The position numbers and the translations under genes were made by a program. From an uncultured Trueperaceae bacterium (GTDB lineage: Bacteria; Deinococcota; Deinococci; Deinococcales; Trueperaceae), in the NCBI GenBank assembly GCA_963815215.1, contig CAWFFU010000012.1, forward strand, positions 64,001-128,000: a DNA stretch of 64,000 nucleotides, in the 5' to 3' direction. Position 1 is the first letter of the stretch, and every line of letters starts with the position of its first letter. The notes beneath the pieces are model-generated. The model ran no database searches. It had not been told where the DNA came from and was given only the letters and a program-made list of their open reading frames with translations. This document shows positions 46,264 to 57,201 of this stretch, one piece after another.

Positions 46264-46360
46264 GGCCGCTTCACCACCCCAAGTATAGGTGTCCGGGCCG
46301 CCACTGACACGGGCACCCGTCCCGCCGGCAGGACACGTTGCCCGGACGGTAGAGTGCGGC

Positions 46361-47386
46361 GTGTCCGATGGGTACGAGATCGAGGTACTGGAGGGCCTTC
46401 AGTCGTTCGCGCGGTCGGAGGCGGAGGCTGCCGGTGCGACCGTCGTGGCTGAACATGCCGACGGACTCACGGTTCGCGCTCCGGATCCCGAGGCGCTGTT
46501 GGCGATGAGGCTCGCGGCCGCCGTGTACCGCCGTCTGCACTTCGAGGTGCCGCGTCCCAAGGCGCTCCTGGGCGACCGTCACTTCCGGCGCTTGCTCGCC
46601 GCAGTGAGCGACGTCGCGCGCCGCGCTCCCTTCCGGGGCTTCCGCTTCGCCGCCGCCGGGGCCGACTCGACCGTGTTCCGGCGTCTGGCGGACGCCCTAC
46701 AGGAGGCCACCGGTCTGCCGTTCGACGCGGCGGAGGGCGACCTGCTCCTGAGGGTGCGGCCGGTGCCGGAAGGGGTCGGCTGGGAGGTGCTGGTGCGGTT
46801 GACGCCGCGTCCGCTGTCGGCGCGCACCTGGCGCGTGTGCAACCGCGCCGGCGGCCTCAATGCCACGCTGGCCGCCGCCATGGTGGTCGAGGCCGGGGCG
46901 CGCCCCGGCGATCGCTTCCTGAACCTCATGTGCGGCTCGGGCACGCTGCTGGTCGAGCGCTACCTGGCGGGCCCCGCGGCCGAGCTCACGGGCCTCGACG
47001 TCGACGGTGAGGCGCTCGCCTGCGCGCGCGCCAACCTGGAAGCGGCCGGCGCCGCCGAAGGGTGCCGCCTGGTGCGTGCCGACGTGCGCGCGGCGCCGCT
47101 CGACGACGGGGCGTACGACGTGATCGTGGCGGATCTTCCCTGGGGGGACGCGGTGGGCAGCCACGCCGACAATCGCTCGCTCCACCCGGCGGTACTGGAG
47201 ACGATCGAGCGGCTGGCTGCCCCCGGAGCGCGCGTGGTGCTGCTGAACCACGAGCTCAAGCTCTTCCGGCGCCTGCTGGCGGAGCCGTCGCGCTGGCGGG
47301 TGGAGGCGGAACGGAAGGTGGAGCATGGCGGCCACTTCCCCCACCTCTACCGGCTCCGGCGCGACGCACCGGGAACGGGGTCATGA
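46361..47386 (+). CDS. Class I SAM-dependent RNA methyltransferase (UPF0020/TrmN-like)
   Basis: LSARTWR, LNATLAAAMV, NLMCGSGTL, DLPWG; GTG 46361 lies 5 nt after TAGAGT. Confidence 0.75.
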   Translation: MSDGYEIEVLEGLQSFARSEAEAAGATVVAEHADGLTVRAPDPEALLAMRLAAAVYRRLHFEVPRPKALLGDRHFRRLLAAVSDVARRAPFRGFRFAAAGADSTVFRRLADALQEATGLPFDAAEGDLLLRVRPVPEGVGWEVLVRLTPRPLSARTWRVCNRAGGLNATLAAAMVVEAGARPGDRFLNLMCGSGTLLVERYLAGPAAELTGLDVDGEALACARANLEAAGAAEGCRLVRADVRAAPLDDGAYDVIVADLPWGDAVGSHADNRSLHPAVLETIERLAAPGARVVLLNHELKLFRRLLAEPSRWRVEAERKVEHGGHFPHLYRLRRDAPGTGS

Positions 47387-47504
47387 GCCGCGCATCGCGC
47401 GCCCCTCACGCGGCGAAGTCGCCGACAGACGCGTGATAGACTCGCCCCGTGAAGAACGGTCGGCGCGCTCAGGGGCCGCACCCGCGGCCTAGGATGGAAC
47501 GGTC

Positions 47505-48284
47505 GTGAGCCGCTTGTCGCGCGTCCGGCCGGGGTGGTACCTGCTCCTGGCGCTGGCGGTCTATGCCCTGGTGACGACCGTGCTACTGAGCAGTAGTCGG
47601 GCCGAGATCGGCCGGCTGCGGGCGCAGCCGGCCGCCGCCGCGGCCGCCGCGGCGCCGGCGCCCGTTGCGGCGCCCGCGAGCACCGCACGAGCCTCGGCGG
47701 GCCCGAGTGGCGGCGCGACCGCGCCGGCCGGGCTGTGGTTCCCGTTGCCGGGCGCCGGCGTGCCCAAGGACGCCAACGATCTGCCTGGAGCGCAGCGCCC
47801 CTACCGCCACGGCGTCAGCCAGGGGTTCGACTTCGTCGACGGTGACGCAGGCATCCCCATCGCCTACGGACAGCCGGTCATCGCCTCCGCCGGCGGCGAG
47901 ATCGTGCGTGCCGATACCAATTACGTGGAGATGACGCAGGACGCGTGGAAGCAGCTCCTGACACAGGTAGGGAGCGGCGGGGCGGACGCCAGCCAGCTCG
48001 ACAAGTTGCGGGGGCGGCAGGTGTGGGAGCGCCTCCCGGACGGCCGTGTGCTGCGCTATGGGTTCCTCTCCGGCGTCCGTGACGGCATCACCACCGGCAT
48101 CCGGGTCTACCGCGGCGAGGTGATCGGCTACGTCGGCAACTCCGGCACCGGGGACGGCATCGCCGGGACCAGCCTCCACCCCCGCCTGCACTTCGAGATC
48201 TGGCAGGGCGATCGGTTCTTCGGTGAGGGTCTGAAGCCCGATGAGGTCCGCATGCAGGCAGCTTCGCTGTTCGTGGGGCCCTAG
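47505..48284 (+). CDS. Membrane-anchored M23/LytM-domain protein with altered zinc motifs
   Basis: N-terminal TM segment; GEVIGYVGNSG and LHFEI; zinc motifs read SQGFD, YGFL, PRLH. Confidence 0.8.
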   Translation: MSRLSRVRPGWYLLLALAVYALVTTVLLSSSRAEIGRLRAQPAAAAAAAAPAPVAAPASTARASAGPSGGATAPAGLWFPLPGAGVPKDANDLPGAQRPYRHGVSQGFDFVDGDAGIPIAYGQPVIASAGGEIVRADTNYVEMTQDAWKQLLTQVGSGGADASQLDKLRGRQVWERLPDGRVLRYGFLSGVRDGITTGIRVYRGEVIGYVGNSGTGDGIAGTSLHPRLHFEIWQGDRFFGEGLKPDEVRMQAASLFVGP

Positions 48285-48288
48285 CGTC

Positions 48289-49527
48289 GTGGCCGACGAC
48301 CCTCACTCTCGCGCGCCTGAGGGCCAGCGCGTCACCGCCGTGGAAGTGGTGTGGCGTAACGTGTGGGTGCGGGCCTGCAGCTACGTGGCGCTGGCCGCCT
48401 TCATCGTCTACGCGCTGTGGCGACTGCGGGGCGGCTACGCCTTCGCGCTGCAGGTCGGGGTCGTCGGGTTCATCATCGCCTACATCCTCAACCCCGTGGT
48501 GGAAGCGCTCGAGCGTCTCCGCATCCGGCGCCCGGTGGCCGTGGTCATCGTGTTCTTCCTGCTGCTGAACCTGGTGGTGCTGGGCTCGGTGCTCGTCAGC
48601 CAGGTGGTCACCGAGATGGGGCGCTTCGTCAGCCTGGTGCCCAAGGCCATCGACAACCTGACCTCGCTCTCGACCCACGTACAGGCGTGGCTGGCCGGCG
48701 TGATGACCAACCTGCCCGACGCCATCTCCAGTCGCCTGGGGGTACCCGCCGACCAGACCCAGCTCAGCCAGCAGATCCGTCAGGAGCTGGTGAACTTCGC
48801 GACCCAGCTCGCGCAGAGCCTCAACCGGCTGCTGCAGCACATCATCACCGGCGGTCCCAGCCTGTTGGTCTCGGGCGCCACCGCGGTCATCTCCACCACC
48901 TTCCAGGTGGTGCTCATCTTCATCGCCAGCGCCTACTTCCTGTACGACTTCCCGCGCTTCACCTCGAACTTCCACCGCTTCGTGCCGGTGCGCTGGCGGC
49001 CCCTCTACGAAGATCTCACCGAGAAGGCCGATCGCGCGGTCGGCGGCTACCTGCGCGGCCAGGTCCTCATCACGCTGACGTTGGGCATCCTCATCTGGCT
49101 GGGGCTGACGATCATCGGCGTTCCGCTCGCCACCGCGATCAGCTTCCTAGCCGCCATCTTCAACCTGGTGCCGTACCTGGGGCCGATCATCGGAGTGCTT
49201 CCGGCGGTGCTTCTGGGATTGACGGTCAGTCCGCTGACCAGCGTGCTGGCCATCGTGGTGTTCCTGCTGGCCAATCAGCTCGAGGGGCACGTACTGTCGC
49301 CGTTGATCCTGTCGCGGTCCACCAATCTCCACCCCGTCACCGTGCTGCTGGCCATCATGGCCGGTCTGGGGCTGTTCGGGCTGGTGGGAGCGCTGCTCGC
49401 CGTCCCCCTGGTCGCCTTGCTCAAGGTGGTGCTGGAAGAATACCTGTTGACGCGCCCGGCCTACGCTACGGTGCCGCCCCCCCTGTCCGAGGGTTCGGAC
49501 GGCGCGACGCCCGATGGGGACGGATAG
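48289..49527 (+). CDS. AI-2E family transporter
   Basis: IAYILNPVV, GYLRGQ, NLVPYLGP, QLEGHVLSP, LHPVTV. Confidence 0.9.
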   Translation: MADDPHSRAPEGQRVTAVEVVWRNVWVRACSYVALAAFIVYALWRLRGGYAFALQVGVVGFIIAYILNPVVEALERLRIRRPVAVVIVFFLLLNLVVLGSVLVSQVVTEMGRFVSLVPKAIDNLTSLSTHVQAWLAGVMTNLPDAISSRLGVPADQTQLSQQIRQELVNFATQLAQSLNRLLQHIITGGPSLLVSGATAVISTTFQVVLIFIASAYFLYDFPRFTSNFHRFVPVRWRPLYEDLTEKADRAVGGYLRGQVLITLTLGILIWLGLTIIGVPLATAISFLAAIFNLVPYLGPIIGVLPAVLLGLTVSPLTSVLAIVVFLLANQLEGHVLSPLILSRSTNLHPVTVLLAIMAGLGLFGLVGALLAVPLVALLKVVLEEYLLTRPAYATVPPPLSEGSDGATPDGDG

Positions 49528-49697
49528 CCACCCGCGGGAGGGGGCGGTCACGGGCGCGACCCGGATAAGGGCCTCGTCACTGAGGGCGCCGGCGTCCTGA
49601 CCATGATCGGCAACCACGTGCAGGACGCGGAGGTAGCACCGCCGCGATGTCCCGATTTTCGCGTGCGGTGGTTCCGACGCGCGATAGACTACCTCAC

Positions 49698-52600
49698 GTG
49701 GCACGGCGAGGCAAAGGCAAACGCACTAAGAAGCGCGTCCAGCTCGACCTGGAGGCCATCGGTCTGGTGTTGCTCGCCGGCGGCATCTTCGTGCTCGGCG
49801 TGGTCCTGCCCGGGTTGCCGACCGGACAGCTGGGGCGCGGCGTCGGGAGTACGCTGACCGGCCGTTTCGGTTGGGGCGCCTATGCGCTGCCGCTGCCGCT
49901 GCTGGGTCTCGGCGGGCTGTTCCTGTTGCGTCGCAGCCCGGACTGGTGGCCGCGGCTGCTGGCCGGCTACCTGCTCTTCGTGGCGGGTGCCTGGGGCGTC
50001 GTGGTGGCGGTCGCGGCGGCGCATACCGGTCGCTACGGGATGGCGCTGCGGGCGTCGTTGACGGGGTCCTGGGGCGGTCTGGCGGTGCTGCCGGCGCTCT
50101 TCGTCGCCTCGCTCGGGTTGGATCTGATGCTCGGGCTCGTTCCCACGCACCTCACGCGCTCGCTGCTTCTCACCGTAGTGAAGGCGGTGCGGGGCACAGG
50201 CAGGGGCTTGTGGCGGGCGCGCCTGAGGGCCAAGGAGCGCGCCGCCTTCCGAGCCGACGTGGCCCTGGCGCGCAAGGCGTTGCAGGAGCTCGACCGCGAC
50301 CTGCACGCGCTGAGCAGTCTCTACCCGGGAAGTGCCGAGCTCGACCGTTGGCGCAACGAGGTCAAGGCCTCGATCCGGAACCTGTCCGGCCGTCCCGAGG
50401 CCCACCACCTCAGCGACGCCCGCGCCGACCTGAAGGCGTGGGAGAGCGCCGTGCGGGACTTCGCGCGCGACCGGGCGGCCGAGATGGTCGAGCTCCTCAA
50501 GGCAGAGGGCGCGCGGCCCCCGCAGGATACGTTCGGCGCCGGAGGCGACGGCGTCGTCGCGGTGCGCGCGACGACCTTCGACGGTTGGGCGCGCGGCCTC
50601 AAGGCTGCGCTCGACGATTCCGTTCCGGGCCGGGCGGCGTCCGCGCGCGGGCTCGACCGGATCCGCAAGACGCTGGCGCTCGACCTGACGGGCCTCACCG
50701 AGCGCTACCGGAGGGTGACGCGCGAGCGTGATCTTGACCAACGCGCCATGAAGGGCATGAGCCCGCGCCAGCTCGCCAGGGCCTCGGCCGACCACGGCCG
50801 CCGCCTGCAGGACTACGCCCGCTTCGAGGTAGACGCCGAGCGGCTGGCGGCGGACGCCGCTCGGTTGGAGCCGTGGCGTGGTCTTCTCGGGGAGCTCGAG
50901 CAGGTACGCGAGGCCCATCCCGACTTCGAGGAGATCGGCGAGTTCGACGGCACGCTGGCCGCCGATCTCGACCGCGCGGGGGTCGAGGCGTTGGCGAAGC
51001 TGGCGGGCTGGCGCAGCGCGCTCAGCGCGGTCGCCGAGCGCGCCGAGGCGGCGGCGCGCGAAGCGCGCGACGCGGTCCCCGTCGGGGTGGCGGCGGAGGT
51101 GCTCGGCGGCGCTGCGGGACATGCCGAGCCCGCGACGGGTGGCTTCGAGGACGAGGACCTGCCGCCGTGGCTGGCTTCCGACGGTGAGGATCCCTTCCTG
51201 GTCGATGACGGCACGGACGGCGCGCACGAGGCTCCCGCCGTCCCCGACCCGGAGCTGGAGGCCGCGCTGCTCGACGACGGCGTCGATGCCGTGCGGGCGG
51301 CCTCCGCGCGCGAGGCCCCTCAGGTCGACGCCGTGCCCGAGGTGGGCGGCATCCCCATCCAGGTGCCGCCGTTGACGTTGCTGGACGAGCCGGAGTCGGC
51401 GGTGGAGGACCGCAGCGAGCTGGCGCGCGAGCGCCGTGAGCGTGTGAAGAAGATCGACGAGACGCTCAACAGCTTCAAGTTGGAGGGGCGGGTGGTGGCG
51501 GCGGTGCGCGGGCCGACGGTGACACGGTTCGAGGTGGAGCCGGCGCCGGGGGAGAAGATCGCGCGCTTCGCCAACCTGTCCGACGACCTGGCGCTGGCCA
51601 TGGCGGTGGGGAGCGTGCGTATCGAGGCGCCGATCCCCGGCAAGAGCGTGATCGGTCTGGAGGTCCCCAACGCCAACCGCGAGCTGGTGAGCTTCCGGGA
51701 GGCGGCCGAGTCGGCGAGCTACCGCCGCACCAAGGCGCGGCTCCCCATCATCCTGGGGAAGTCGATCGACGGCGAGATGGTGGTGGGTGACCTGGCGAGG
51801 ATGCCGCACCTGTTGATCGCCGGTTCCACCGGTTCGGGCAAATCGGTGGCGGTGAACACGCTGATCGGCAGCTTGCTCTACCGCTTCCTGCCGACCGAGC
51901 TGCGGCTACTCATGATCGACCCGAAGATGGTGGAGCTGACGCCCTTCGACGGCGTCCCGCACCTGCTGCGCAACGTCGTGACCAACCCCACCGACGCCGC
52001 GGGGGTGCTGCTCGGGGCGGTGGCGCACATGGAGCGGCGCTACAAGATGATGTCCAAGCTGGGCGCCAAGAACCTGGATCAGTACAACGAGAAGGCGCGC
52101 AACCTGGACTTGCCGGAGCTGCCGTTCATCGTCGTCGTCATCGATGAGCTTGCTGACCTGATGATCACCAGCCCCAAGGAGGTGGAGTCGGCCATCATGC
52201 GCCTGGCGCAGATGGCGCGCGCCACCGGCATGCACCTGATCCTGGCCACCCAGCGCCCCAGCGTCGACATCCTGACCAGCCTCATCAAGGTCAACGTGCC
52301 GGCGCGCATGGCGTTCGCGGTGTCGAGCAGCCACGACTCGCGCACCATCCTGGACAGCATGGGCGCGGAGCGGCTCATCGGGTTGGGCGACATGCTGTAC
52401 TACCAGCCGGGGCTGGTGAAGGCGGTGCGCTTGCAGGGGCCGTTCGTCAGCGAGCGTGAGGTGGGACGCATGAGCGACTTCCTGCGGCGCGAGTACTTCG
52501 ACGACGACTTCGTGGAGGCCTACGGCGCCGACTTCGACCCGCCCAGCTCGTTCGAGTCCGACGCCAGCGGCCTGATCGACTGGAACGACGACAAGCTGCG

Positions 52601-52799
52601 CGTTGCCGCCGAGCTGGTGATCAACGAGGGACAGGCCAGCGTGTCGCGGCTGCAGCGCCGCCTGCAGGTCGGGCACGCCCGGGCCGGGAAGCTCATGGAC
52701 TCGCTCGAGGCGCTCGGGGTGGTCGGCCCGCACCAGGGCAGCAAGCCGCGCGAGGTGCTCATCGACTTCGAGGAACTGCCGAACGTGTTCGGGAAGTAG
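49698..52799 (+). CDS. ftsK: DNA translocase FtsK/SpoIIIE
   Basis: N-terminal TMs; [38 protein letters not shown], gamma domain [13 protein letters not shown] 49698 lies 7 nt after TAGACT. Confidence 0.95.
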   Translation: MARRGKGKRTKKRVQLDLEAIGLVLLAGGIFVLGVVLPGLPTGQLGRGVGSTLTGRFGWGAYALPLPLLGLGGLFLLRRSPDWWPRLLAGYLLFVAGAWGVVVAVAAAHTGRYGMALRASLTGSWGGLAVLPALFVASLGLDLMLGLVPTHLTRSLLLTVVKAVRGTGRGLWRARLRAKERAAFRADVALARKALQELDRDLHALSSLYPGSAELDRWRNEVKASIRNLSGRPEAHHLSDARADLKAWESAVRDFARDRAAEMVELLKAEGARPPQDTFGAGGDGVVAVRATTFDGWARGLKAALDDSVPGRAASARGLDRIRKTLALDLTGLTERYRRVTRERDLDQRAMKGMSPRQLARASADHGRRLQDYARFEVDAERLAADAARLEPWRGLLGELEQVREAHPDFEEIGEFDGTLAADLDRAGVEALAKLAGWRSALSAVAERAEAAAREARDAVPVGVAAEVLGGAAGHAEPATGGFEDEDLPPWLASDGEDPFLVDDGTDGAHEAPAVPDPELEAALLDDGVDAVRAASAREAPQVDAVPEVGGIPIQVPPLTLLDEPESAVEDRSELARERRERVKKIDETLNSFKLEGRVVAAVRGPTVTRFEVEPAPGEKIARFANLSDDLALAMAVGSVRIEAPIPGKSVIGLEVPNANRELVSFREAAESASYRRTKARLPIILGKSIDGEMVVGDLARMPHLLIAGSTGSGKSVAVNTLIGSLLYRFLPTELRLLMIDPKMVELTPFDGVPHLLRNVVTNPTDAAGVLLGAVAHMERRYKMMSKLGAKNLDQYNEKARNLDLPELPFIVVVIDELADLMITSPKEVESAIMRLAQMARATGMHLILATQRPSVDILTSLIKVNVPARMAFAVSSSHDSRTILDSMGAERLIGLGDMLYYQPGLVKAVRLQGPFVSEREVGRMSDFLRREYFDDDFVEAYGADFDPPSSFESDASGLIDWNDDKLRVAAELVINEGQASVSRLQRRLQVGHARAGKLMDSLEALGVVGPHQGSKPREVLIDFEELPNVFGK

Positions 52800-52964
52800 C
52801 GATCCGGGTTCGGGGCCGATAGGCGGGCCCTCCGGCAACGAACCGACGGGGGCCAGGGAAGGGACGTCCCGGCGCGGAACGGTCCGGCCATCCCCGGCGT
52901 GTCACGGCCCGAGACCTCTCGCCGGCCGGTCCGTCCCGGCGGAGGGTGCTTCCGCTGACGGGCC

Positions 52965-54131
52965 TCAGGGGTCGCCGGTCGATGGGGCGGGGCCGTGGTC
53001 TGCGGTGGCGAGAGCCTCCCGGATGTGGGTGCCCAGCCGTTGTCCCACGGCGTCCCAGTTGTAGCGCTCACGCGCGAGCACCCGCCCCCGAGCGCCCATC
53101 GCGCGGCACGTCTCCGGCTCGCCGAGCAGCGTGATCAGCCGCTGCGCCAGCGCCGCCGCGTCCCAGGGGTCGACCAGGTAGCCGTTGACGCCGTTCTCCA
53201 CCATGTCCGGCAGGGCACCGACGTTGGTGGCAACCACCGGCAAGCCATGGGTCATGGCCTCCACGAAGACGATGCCGAACGCCTCGCGCTGTGTCGGCAT
53301 GCAGAAGACGGTGGCCCGGTCGTAGATCGCGGACACCTCGTCGACGGGGACCTCCCCGAGCACCTCGACGTTGGGTTCGGGCACGGGCGGACCGGAACCA
53401 ACGATCGTCAGCTGCGCGTCGGGATGGGCCAGGCGGACCTGTCGGAAGGCCTCGATCAGCATCGGTCCCCCCTTGCGCTCCCAGTCGATCCCCACGAACA
53501 GGATGCGCTTCGCCTCGTAGCGCCCTTCGACGTCTCGAGCGCTGCGCGGTGCGCCGGCGTTGCTGCCGGCGAAAACGCAGCGGATGCGTTCTGGGCGGAT
53601 GCCGTAGTGCTCCACCAACGACCGCTGCACGTGCGAGCTGCGGACGAAGAGCAGGGCGGCGTTGCGGTAGATGGAGGTCTCGAGCCGGCGCCACGCTTCG
53701 GGGTAGAGGACGTGGTCGTTCGGTCCCACGTACAGCAGGTTGGCCAGGTTCGTGTGGTCGGTATAGACGAAGTGGGGCAGGCCCGGTGTGCTGGCGTCGA
53801 AGAGCGACTGGATCTGGAAGCTGAAGCGGTACGGTCCGGAGTCGAGGCGTTGCCGGACGAGGCGGCGCGCCTGATGGAACACGAACGTGGTGTGGAAGAA
53901 CGAGGCGCGAACCTGGCGGCGCCCCCGCACGATCCCGGGCCCATAGGCCAGGAGCGTCTCGAACACGTTTCGCAGGAACAGCAGGGGACGCGCCCGCAGC
54001 AGATCCCGGACGTTGATGACGTCGACCGGGTACTCGGGGAAGTGCTTCTGGAGCTGCTCGGCGACCGAGGCGTTGGAGAGCGGGAAGGGCTCGATCTGTA
54101 CGAAGGCGATGCGCTCGCGCTCGGGGCTCAT
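52965..54131 (-). CDS. Glycosyltransferase family 4
   Basis: LFVGIDWERKGG, EAFGIVFVEAM (EX7E), PVVATNVG, GVNGYLV. Confidence 0.9.
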   Translation of the reverse strand: MSPERERIAFVQIEPFPLSNASVAEQLQKHFPEYPVDVINVRDLLRARPLLFLRNVFETLLAYGPGIVRGRRQVRASFFHTTFVFHQARRLVRQRLDSGPYRFSFQIQSLFDASTPGLPHFVYTDHTNLANLLYVGPNDHVLYPEAWRRLETSIYRNAALLFVRSSHVQRSLVEHYGIRPERIRCVFAGSNAGAPRSARDVEGRYEAKRILFVGIDWERKGGPMLIEAFRQVRLAHPDAQLTIVGSGPPVPEPNVEVLGEVPVDEVSAIYDRATVFCMPTQREAFGIVFVEAMTHGLPVVATNVGALPDMVENGVNGYLVDPWDAAALAQRLITLLGEPETCRAMGARGRVLARERYNWDAVGQRLGTHIREALATADHGPAPSTGDP

Positions 54132-54513
54132 GCGGCCGCGGTCGACCGTGGGACACAGGGGCCCTCGGCCAGACCCGCCACCGTTGCGCACCTGTTATCC
54201 AGCCGGTCGCGACGGCGGCGCTCTCTTCGCATCACACGATTATCGCAGGATTCCGTTCTCGTAGGGTGTGTGGCTCGTGGGCCCGGTGCGATCGCCGGCA
54301 CCGCATCCCGATCCCGCGGCGCAGCGAGGGCCGAACGTCACTGGCGGGCCCGTCCGCTTGGCGCTAGCCTCGTGGTGCACGAGGAGGAGCGCCTCGAGAT
54401 CGGCGTGCGTTCACCCATCGGTCTCGACTGCAGAGACGGGGCGACGGCCTCGGACCGCGGACCCTGGCCCGCACGGTCGGGACGTGGCCTCGAGCGTCAG
54501 GAGGAGCGTACAG

Positions 54514-55179
54514 ATGGAAGACACAGAGACCATGCGGCAACCCACGATGCCGAGGTTGAACGAACCGGCACCCTACTTCGAGGCGAACACGACGCACGGC
54601 AGGCGGACGTTGGCGGACTACACGGGCAGGTGGCTGGTGCTGTTCTCGCACCCGGCCGACTTCACGCCGGTGTGCACCACCGAGTTCCTTGGTTTCGCGC
54701 GGGCATACCCGGAGTTCCAGGCGGTAGGGGCGGAGCTGCTCGGCCTGTCGATCGACAGCATCTACTCGCACCTGGCATGGGTGCGCAACATCAAGCAGAA
54801 CTTCGACGTCGACATCCCCTTCCCGATCATCGACGATCTGTCGATGACGGTGGCCAACGCCTACGGGATGGTCCAGCCCGGCGCAAGCAGCACGTCCGCG
54901 GTGCGGGCGGTCTTCGTCATCGATCCGCAGGGCGTGCTGCGGGCGATGATCTACTACCCGTTGAGCAACGGCCGCTCCATCCCTGAGGTCCTCCGGCTGG
55001 TGAAGGCGTTGCAGGCGACCGACGCCTTCGGGATCGCGACGCCGGAGGGGTGGACGCCCGGGGACAAGGTGATGGTCCCGCCCCCAACCACCCAGGACGG
55101 GGCCCAGGCGCGTCTCGAAGAGGGCTTCGAGTGTGCCGACTGGTACTTCTGCAAACGGGAGTTGCCCACGTCGAAGTGA
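54514..55179 (+). CDS. Peroxiredoxin, Prx6 subfamily
   Basis: RBS aggagga; FSHPADFTPVCTTE, VRAVFVIDP, C-terminal CADWYFC. Confidence 0.93.
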   Translation: MEDTETMRQPTMPRLNEPAPYFEANTTHGRRTLADYTGRWLVLFSHPADFTPVCTTEFLGFARAYPEFQAVGAELLGLSIDSIYSHLAWVRNIKQNFDVDIPFPIIDDLSMTVANAYGMVQPGASSTSAVRAVFVIDPQGVLRAMIYYPLSNGRSIPEVLRLVKALQATDAFGIATPEGWTPGDKVMVPPPTTQDGAQARLEEGFECADWYFCKRELPTSK

Positions 55180-55292
55180 GCGCCGGACCCCGGGAGGCGC
55201 CTACGGTCGAGCGCCTGGGGTCGAAGCCGACGGGCCTGCGGTGCTAGCGCAGGCCCGTCTTTCGCCAGCGCGCGTCGGTCTCGGACGGCGGC

Positions 55293-55961
55293 TCAAGGGA
55301 AGGGTCGGGCCGAGATCCAGCGGACCTTCCCAGCGTCGACCCGACCGGACAGCAGCGTCCAGCCGTCCGCTGTCGGGGAGGGGGGCGTGAGCCCCGCCGG
55401 AAGGGTCGCCCAGGCGCCGTCCACGGCGCGCAGCAGGGCCACCGGCGCACGCTCCTGGACCGTCGTCCGACGGATCGTCAGCGCTTCGGCGTGGGCATCC
55501 GGTGTGGCGCCCTCGAACCACGCCTCCACCCAGCCCGCGCCCAACCCCAGGGGCGCGCCCGGGCCAAGGTAGTAGCTGAAGTAGGCGGGCCGCGCCACTT
55601 CGAGCTGGCTGACGCGGAAGGTCTCGCCTTCCCAGGCGCCTTCAAGGCGCAGCCACATGCCGGGCGCGAGGTAGTTCGACCAGGCGGTCGGTACGTCGAC
55701 GCTGCCCCCGTCGATCACCAGCGTGCCTCCGGAGGCGTAGCGCAGCGCCGCTACCAGCACGTGGTGGTCCTCCGCCGCGGGACGCGGGCGCGCTTCCTGG
55801 CTCGGCGCCTGCCCTCCGCCCCCGCGATCGGAGCCGCCCGACGGTCCTCCGTTGCCGTTGCCCCCGCCCTGAGCGCTGGCAGGAGCCATCGTCGCCAGGG
55901 CCATCAGCGCCACCAGGGACCCTCGCAGCAACGCGACTGCCCAGCGGGGGGCGGGATCCAT
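55293..55961 (-). CDS. Hypothetical exported protein
   Basis: Signal-like N-terminus, Gly-rich linker, beta-rich body; starts 1 nt after the kinase stop. Confidence 0.65.
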   Translation of the reverse strand: MDPAPRWAVALLRGSLVALMALATMAPASAQGGGNGNGGPSGGSDRGGGGQAPSQEARPRPAAEDHHVLVAALRYASGGTLVIDGGSVDVPTAWSNYLAPGMWLRLEGAWEGETFRVSQLEVARPAYFSYYLGPGAPLGLGAGWVEAWFEGATPDAHAEALTIRRTTVQERAPVALLRAVDGAWATLPAGLTPPSPTADGWTLLSGRVDAGKVRWISARPFP

Positions 55962-55962
55962 G

Positions 55963-57201
55963 TCAGCCTCCCTTCGGCAGCACCATGGCTGCCTCGAAAC
56001 CGTGCGGGTCGCGGTTGCGGAGCTCGAGCCGCCCCCCCATCCCCTCCGCCACCTGACGCGCGTAGGCGAGCCCCAGGCCGATCCCGTCCGGGCCCCGGGC
56101 GTACCTTCGGAAGGGGATCCCCAGTCCCTCGAGGACGTTCGCGGGCACGCCCGGACCGTTGTCGGTCACGGCCAGCCGCACCTGGCCGCCGGCGCCGGCG
56201 CCGCAGGCGATGCCGACCGGCCCGGCGCTGTAACGCAGGGCGTTGTCCAACAGGTTGCGCACCGCGCCCTCCAACGCGACGCGCGGGCCGCGGACGGTGG
56301 CCGCATCCGCCCGCAACTGAACGCGGGCGCGGGCGTCGGGCTCGAGCGTCTGCATGGCGGCTCGCGCCAGCCCCTCGAGCGCCACCAACTCGGTGGGACC
56401 GTGCGTCCGCGTCAGCGTCAGCAGGCCGTCCAGCGTGCGCTCCAAGCGCTCGGCGTTGCGCTCGGTCACCGGGAGCAGCTCGTCGTCGTCGAGCGCCCCG
56501 CGCCGCACCGCGTCGGCCGTGGCGCGTAGGTTGGCGACCGGCGTGCGGAGCTCGTGGGAGACGTAGCGCGTGAAGCTGCGCTCGCGATCGAGCGCGCGTC
56601 GCACGTTGTCGGTCATGGCGTTGAAGCTGCGGGCGAGGCGCCCGAACTCGTCCTCCCGGTCGATCTCCATCGGCTCCGGGAAGCGCTCGTGGGCGATCGC
56701 CTCGGTCGCGGCCTCCAGGCGGCCGAGCGGCCGCAGCAGCTGGCGCCGCAGAAGCAGTGCCAGCAGCACACCGAGGAGGACGTCGGCGGCGAGAGCGGCG
56801 GCGCTCGTGCGCAGGTACTCGCGTCGGGCCGCAGTGAGCTCGCTCGTGTCGAGCGCGACCTCCAGACGGGTGGCCGGGGACAACGGGACGGAGGCGCGCA
56901 CCCAGCCGGCTTCCCCGGCGGGGAAGCGGCCGCCGCCCTCCAGCACCACGGCGTCGCCGCTCAGGACACGGAAACGTCCCTCCTCTTCGGCCAGTACCGG
57001 AAGACGTTCGGCGATGGGGACGGGCACGCTGCCGCTGAGGTCGAGCGTGCTGCTCACCAGCGCCGCGTAGCGATCGAGGTCGGCGGAGCGGTCGCGCTGC
57101 AGGGCCGAGCGGAAGCTCACGTAGCCGAGCACGCCCTGCACGCTGGCCGCAGCGATGGCGAGGCCGACCAGGCCGATCAGGAGTCGTTCACGGAACTCCA
57201 A
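55963..57201 (-). CDS. HAMP-domain sensor histidine kinase
   Basis: Two TMs, DEFGRLARSFNAM, SHELRTP, NLLDNALRY, DNGPG, GIGLGL. Confidence 0.92.
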   Translation of the reverse strand: MEFRERLLIGLVGLAIAAASVQGVLGYVSFRSALQRDRSADLDRYAALVSSTLDLSGSVPVPIAERLPVLAEEEGRFRVLSGDAVVLEGGGRFPAGEAGWVRASVPLSPATRLEVALDTSELTAARREYLRTSAAALAADVLLGVLLALLLRRQLLRPLGRLEAATEAIAHERFPEPMEIDREDEFGRLARSFNAMTDNVRRALDRERSFTRYVSHELRTPVANLRATADAVRRGALDDDELLPVTERNAERLERTLDGLLTLTRTHGPTELVALEGLARAAMQTLEPDARARVQLRADAATVRGPRVALEGAVRNLLDNALRYSAGPVGIACGAGAGGQVRLAVTDNGPGVPANVLEGLGIPFRRYARGPDGIGLGLAYARQVAEGMGGRLELRNRDPHGFEAAMVLPKGG

